The notes under the pieces are model-generated. The model searched no databases, was not told the DNA's origin, and worked only from the letters and a program-made list of their open reading frames with translations. Below are positions 60,326 through 64,000 of a DNA stretch of 64,000 nt, one piece after another. The position numbers and the translations under genes were made by a program. Within the stretch, counting starts at the first letter, position 1. Each line of letters starts with the position of its first letter. The stretch is from assembly GCA_002633005.1 (NCBI GenBank), contig NMRA01000022.1:991357-1055356 (forward strand). The letters run 5' to 3'. The DNA is from Phoronis australis (Eukaryota; Animalia; Phoronida).

Positions 60326-63145
60326 CTATTATGAAGTATCGTGCTTTAATCTGTCGCAGAAATAGAGATTTGACAAAGGTTTATCCAACGTGTAATTGCA
60401 TTTGATGGAGAAAGAGTGTATTGTTTTGTACGGTTGTACCATTTCTGGGAACCTAGTTGTCAAGCAAATAGTTAAGCATGAGACTCAGAATCAAATGGTG
60501 ACTGAGATTATGGATATGATTGCAATAATTGTCCATCGGTCTAGGCCCAGATGCCGCGCAAATAATTCGAGATCATGACAGCAACCGGCACAGAGGCTGA
60601 AGTCGTACACAAACTTCGGTTAGATTTACAGTTCGAGACACATCTTTCTCGGTACTAAAGTTTTTAGAAAATTAAATCTTAATTCCGGCTCTAAAAGGCT
60701 TTAATTACCCGACTCTCGGATTCACTCGCCGAAGACGCCGGTGCGGGAGAGTCGAGTTCGTACGCTAAGTCTGCAGATACGATGAGGTCTTTTAACTCAT
60801 TATCTGTTTCATCTATTGGCTGAGTGTCATCTTTACCCCCATCTCCAAGCCTGTCGTCATAATACTGGTCAAGTTCGCTCTCTAAGTATTAGTAACTTAC
60901 GAGATCGTTACTATACGCCATTGCACATATACCGTCAACTGATCAACGTCTGATCAACCACTGATGACATCACGTGACCGGAAACAAAAGAATCCATTGC
61001 AGGAACGCTTTAAAAACATATACGAAATATACCAGCTGCAATCACTGTGGTCAACCATTACGCTCTGATAGCAGTATGCCCGTCATCAAGCAGAAACCAT
61101 AAAAGCACGTTGGTTCAACTCTGCCGCGATAGGTTTTCACTTTCGCCTAAGCACTTTGTAAAGTGAAGGAGCATACCAAGGCGATCAAAGGACGTTCTTT
61201 CGGAAACAAGGTACAGTTTGAATTCTTGGTGTAACTGCTTGCCATATATGTGTTTTAAAAACCTCGCGTGAACTGGTCTAAATGCCGCATTTTTATATCA
61301 TATTGCGCAAAAATTACCTAAACTACCATTAAAGTTTAATTTCAGTTTTATTCAATATTGGGGATATGGCGTTTTTTGTCGAGACACCTCATTTTTTGCT
61401 CAAAACACATTTTCTCCAATTTCATTTTCATTACACAGAGCACACTTTAGTGCCAAAATTAAGTCCCGTCCACACACAGTCTAAGCTAGAAGCACTTGCC
61501 CGAATGGAACTTATGATCCCACTTTTTGTGGAGCGTCCACATGCACGTGTCCGATAACTAGGGTAAGGCGGAAGTTGTTGCTCTGCGCGTGACAATTAAC
61601 AACTAATGCGAAAGAAGATCCTGCTGTATGTAACCGCAGCTGATAATTCCTTCGGGACGGGACTGGTTACCAGACTATTCAGGCCACTTTCTAAGCTCAA
61701 ATGTACCCACCACAAGTACAATCTCATTGTTTCGGCTACTCATACATGTACGCATACATGTATACATAAATGGGCAATGCGTCGCTCCTTAATTGTTTCT
61801 TCCTTTTAGTGGTGCAGACAGTTGAAGAGGTTGTTCGTCACTGAGCCCTTATAACACTGGCATAACATTTTAGTCTGTGAGACGCTTTCTAAGACATAAA
61901 GAATTTTCTTACATTTTTATCTGTTACAAAAAAGCTTGCTATTCTGTTTGAAGTTGGCAACGGAATGGTAGTTCTCTTTTCTTTTCAGTATTCGTGCGAA
62001 TGGAATAGTATAAAAACTTCTTTAATTTGTGTCTGTTTCTCAATGATCACATGTATTGAAACATTTCATTGGTTTTAAAGCTCTTACATTGAAGGCTGTT
62101 CCATGCGTTTTTCTGGAATCAGTTTGAGAGCATTCCTTATTATACACTAATGTGGACACCATTAGAATACTATCTGTAAATAAAAATCTGAAGTATTGGA
62201 GGAAAAAATCTTCAATATCTATACTGGTTAAACTTTAACACTCATTTTACACCCAGGGGAGTGGTTTGAGCATTATGTTCAGCTATGAGAAAGCACAAAC
62301 AGATGCGGACTTTTTGCCCATTTTTCCAAGTGGGAGGGGGGCTCGTTTGAGACCCCCCGACCCCCTAGGTGTGCGGATGAATAGATAAGTTCAACAGACA
62401 ACAGAGTTATTTGGCAGTTTGACGAACTCTTTCGAATATTCTCATAGGAAATGAATACTCGATAGGATGTGACAGTAGTATTCCTATGTATGTGGGATAA
62501 TCTATAGGTATGTATACATATAGATTATTACATGGCGAAGTCGTTATCCCCCTTATCTAGAGCCCGAGTGGATTTTAGAGATTTATCGCTCGAGGGGCAT
62601 TAGCCCCGAGGGTGATAATTCTACAAAATCCACAGATTCGCATCTCCGACATTTTCTTCCGTGCTAGCCAAGAGGCCCCGCCACTCTCCTAAATTTTCTG
62701 GTGCAGTTTCCGGTTACTGTATTTTGACGAGAAATATTTGCATTTACTTTACTGTCCAGTACAACGAAAAAAAAATATTAATTTTGACATTGAAACGCTG
62801 TTCAAAGTCTTTCAATGGTAGAGGTGTTGGTATCGCGAGCACTTTTAGCAATGCTACTGGTAATCAATTACAAAATTCAAACTTCGGTGTCGACTGATTA
62901 TGTCGTCTGCTTGCCCAATAGCATAGCAGCATAGTTATCGGGCAGTTTGTGATTTATGGTTCACATAGGCCTACTGAGAAAACTACGAAAGCATGTTTGT
63001 GCACAAATTCCAAGGAGTACCTGTGAATGCAAAAGATACTTATATAACGTTTTTGGTTTAGAAAAATATTAATTTTGTTGAAATTAAAAATGCGCCTCTG
63101 CAACGATTTGACTAGTTTACCTTTTGCATGTTTATAATTCAACAT

Positions 63146-63258
63146 TCTCAAGTGAGCAGTTCTTCTGGGAAGTGTTGAGTGGCTCTTAAAAGGGCCGTTG
63201 GTTGTACTGTGCATGAGCCTTAGGTATAGGGTGAAATGGGTCTTAAAAGAACCGTTGA
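63146..63258 (-). mobile_element. 113-bp insertion flanked by a 12-bp direct repeat, containing two histone-type stem-loops
   Basis: ATAATTCAACAT at 63134-63145 and 63259-63270; minus strand has CAAC-GGTTCTTTTAAGACCC and CCAAC-GGCCCTTTTAAGAGCC-ACTCA. Confidence 0.6.
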
Positions 63259-63263
63259 ATAAT

Positions 63264-63388
63264 TCAACATAAATCACACAGTATACCGTGCTCACTCAAG
63301 TACTGGAGGTCCTCTTCATTCAAGTTTTCATCAGGGAAGGTTGGAGGAAAACAGAGGAGATGACAATATCGATGACAGTTGTAACATC
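63264..63388 (-). pseudogene. C-terminal half of a PHD-like zinc finger (terminal exon or transposon remnant)
   Basis: GCYNCHRYCHLLC...ILCDLC* gives C-x2-C-x4-H-x2-C...C-x2-C then a stop; possible acceptor TTTTATATAG at 63389. Confidence 0.4.
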
Positions 63389-64000
63389 CTATATAAAATT
63401 AAATGTTACCGTTCTCCAACGTTATCACGAACCCTGCCTTCTTCCAGTTCTTGTTCCTGGATTCAGAAATAACCCTGAACCGTAGGGTAAAAAAGACGTA
63501 CAACAAAAACGAATCAAATTTCGAAAATCATCGCCTTCGTTCGATTTCGTGTTGCTGTCGCCGGACTGATGTTCCTCCCCAACATCATTGTCGAAAATCG
63601 ACGTTACAACTGATGGAAACTTGTGTCCTTTGTTTCTAACTTTTAACCCATTTTTAAGAAATGGGTGTACTGATTTTGTCTAATGTTGATAGAGCATAAC
63701 TTTTGGTTTTTACAATGCATTAATGGTCTTGAATGCATTCCTATTAAGTGGCTTCATTGAGTTGAACAGCAAATAAATTAAATGTAACACAATAAAGTTT
63801 TGAAAATAAATAGACCAGTAACAGGACTCCCTAAGAATCGAGTTGTTTTCGAAAACTTTGCGCCATTGGTGATCTGATTGGTTCATGCATTTACGACGGG
63901 AAAATGATAGACCGAGTATCGTGCACGTGTGCACTGTAGCAACACTGTATCTTATTCTTATTTGGCCACTCTGCTGATACAGCAAGTTTCCTTATTTATG

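Noticed and set aside
62568-62633. Imperfect hairpin as a possible ncRNA
   Set aside because: It looks like the palindromic core of a small DNA repeat, with no tRNA, snRNA or miRNA hallmarks.
1-64000. rRNA or tRNA genes
   Set aside because: None recognised by eye; tRNAscan-SE and Infernal would be needed to exclude degenerate copies.

Overview
Eukaryotic, AT-rich genomic DNA with GT-AG introns and two assembly gaps (6721-7624, 22769-23082), most likely from a marine invertebrate bilaterian (inference only). Coding content is an intronless GT31 glycosyltransferase (brainiac/B3GALT-like, 3835-5085) and two tandem 10-exon carotenoid cleavage oxygenase genes of the BCO1/BCO2/RPE65/NinaB family (15042-33146 and 34999-51037). 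Exons 4-5 of the first oxygenase occur twice, on either side of a gap, probably as uncollapsed alleles. Comparing the two ~3 kb copies shows a filled versus empty TTAA transposon site and three indels matching Tc1/mariner excision footprints (TA to TACTGTA, TACATGTA, TACAGCTGTA). Other features: three copies of an internally deleted Kolobok-type element (THAP and KolX-like heads), a 140-bp identical tract between the oxygenase paralogs, a TSD-flanked insert with two histone-type stem-loops right after a PHD-like ORF end, a perfect 36-bp hairpin, an 80-bp minisatellite, Penelope-like and Tc1/mariner relics, and several MITEs. All coordinates and alignments were read by eye; no searches were run.
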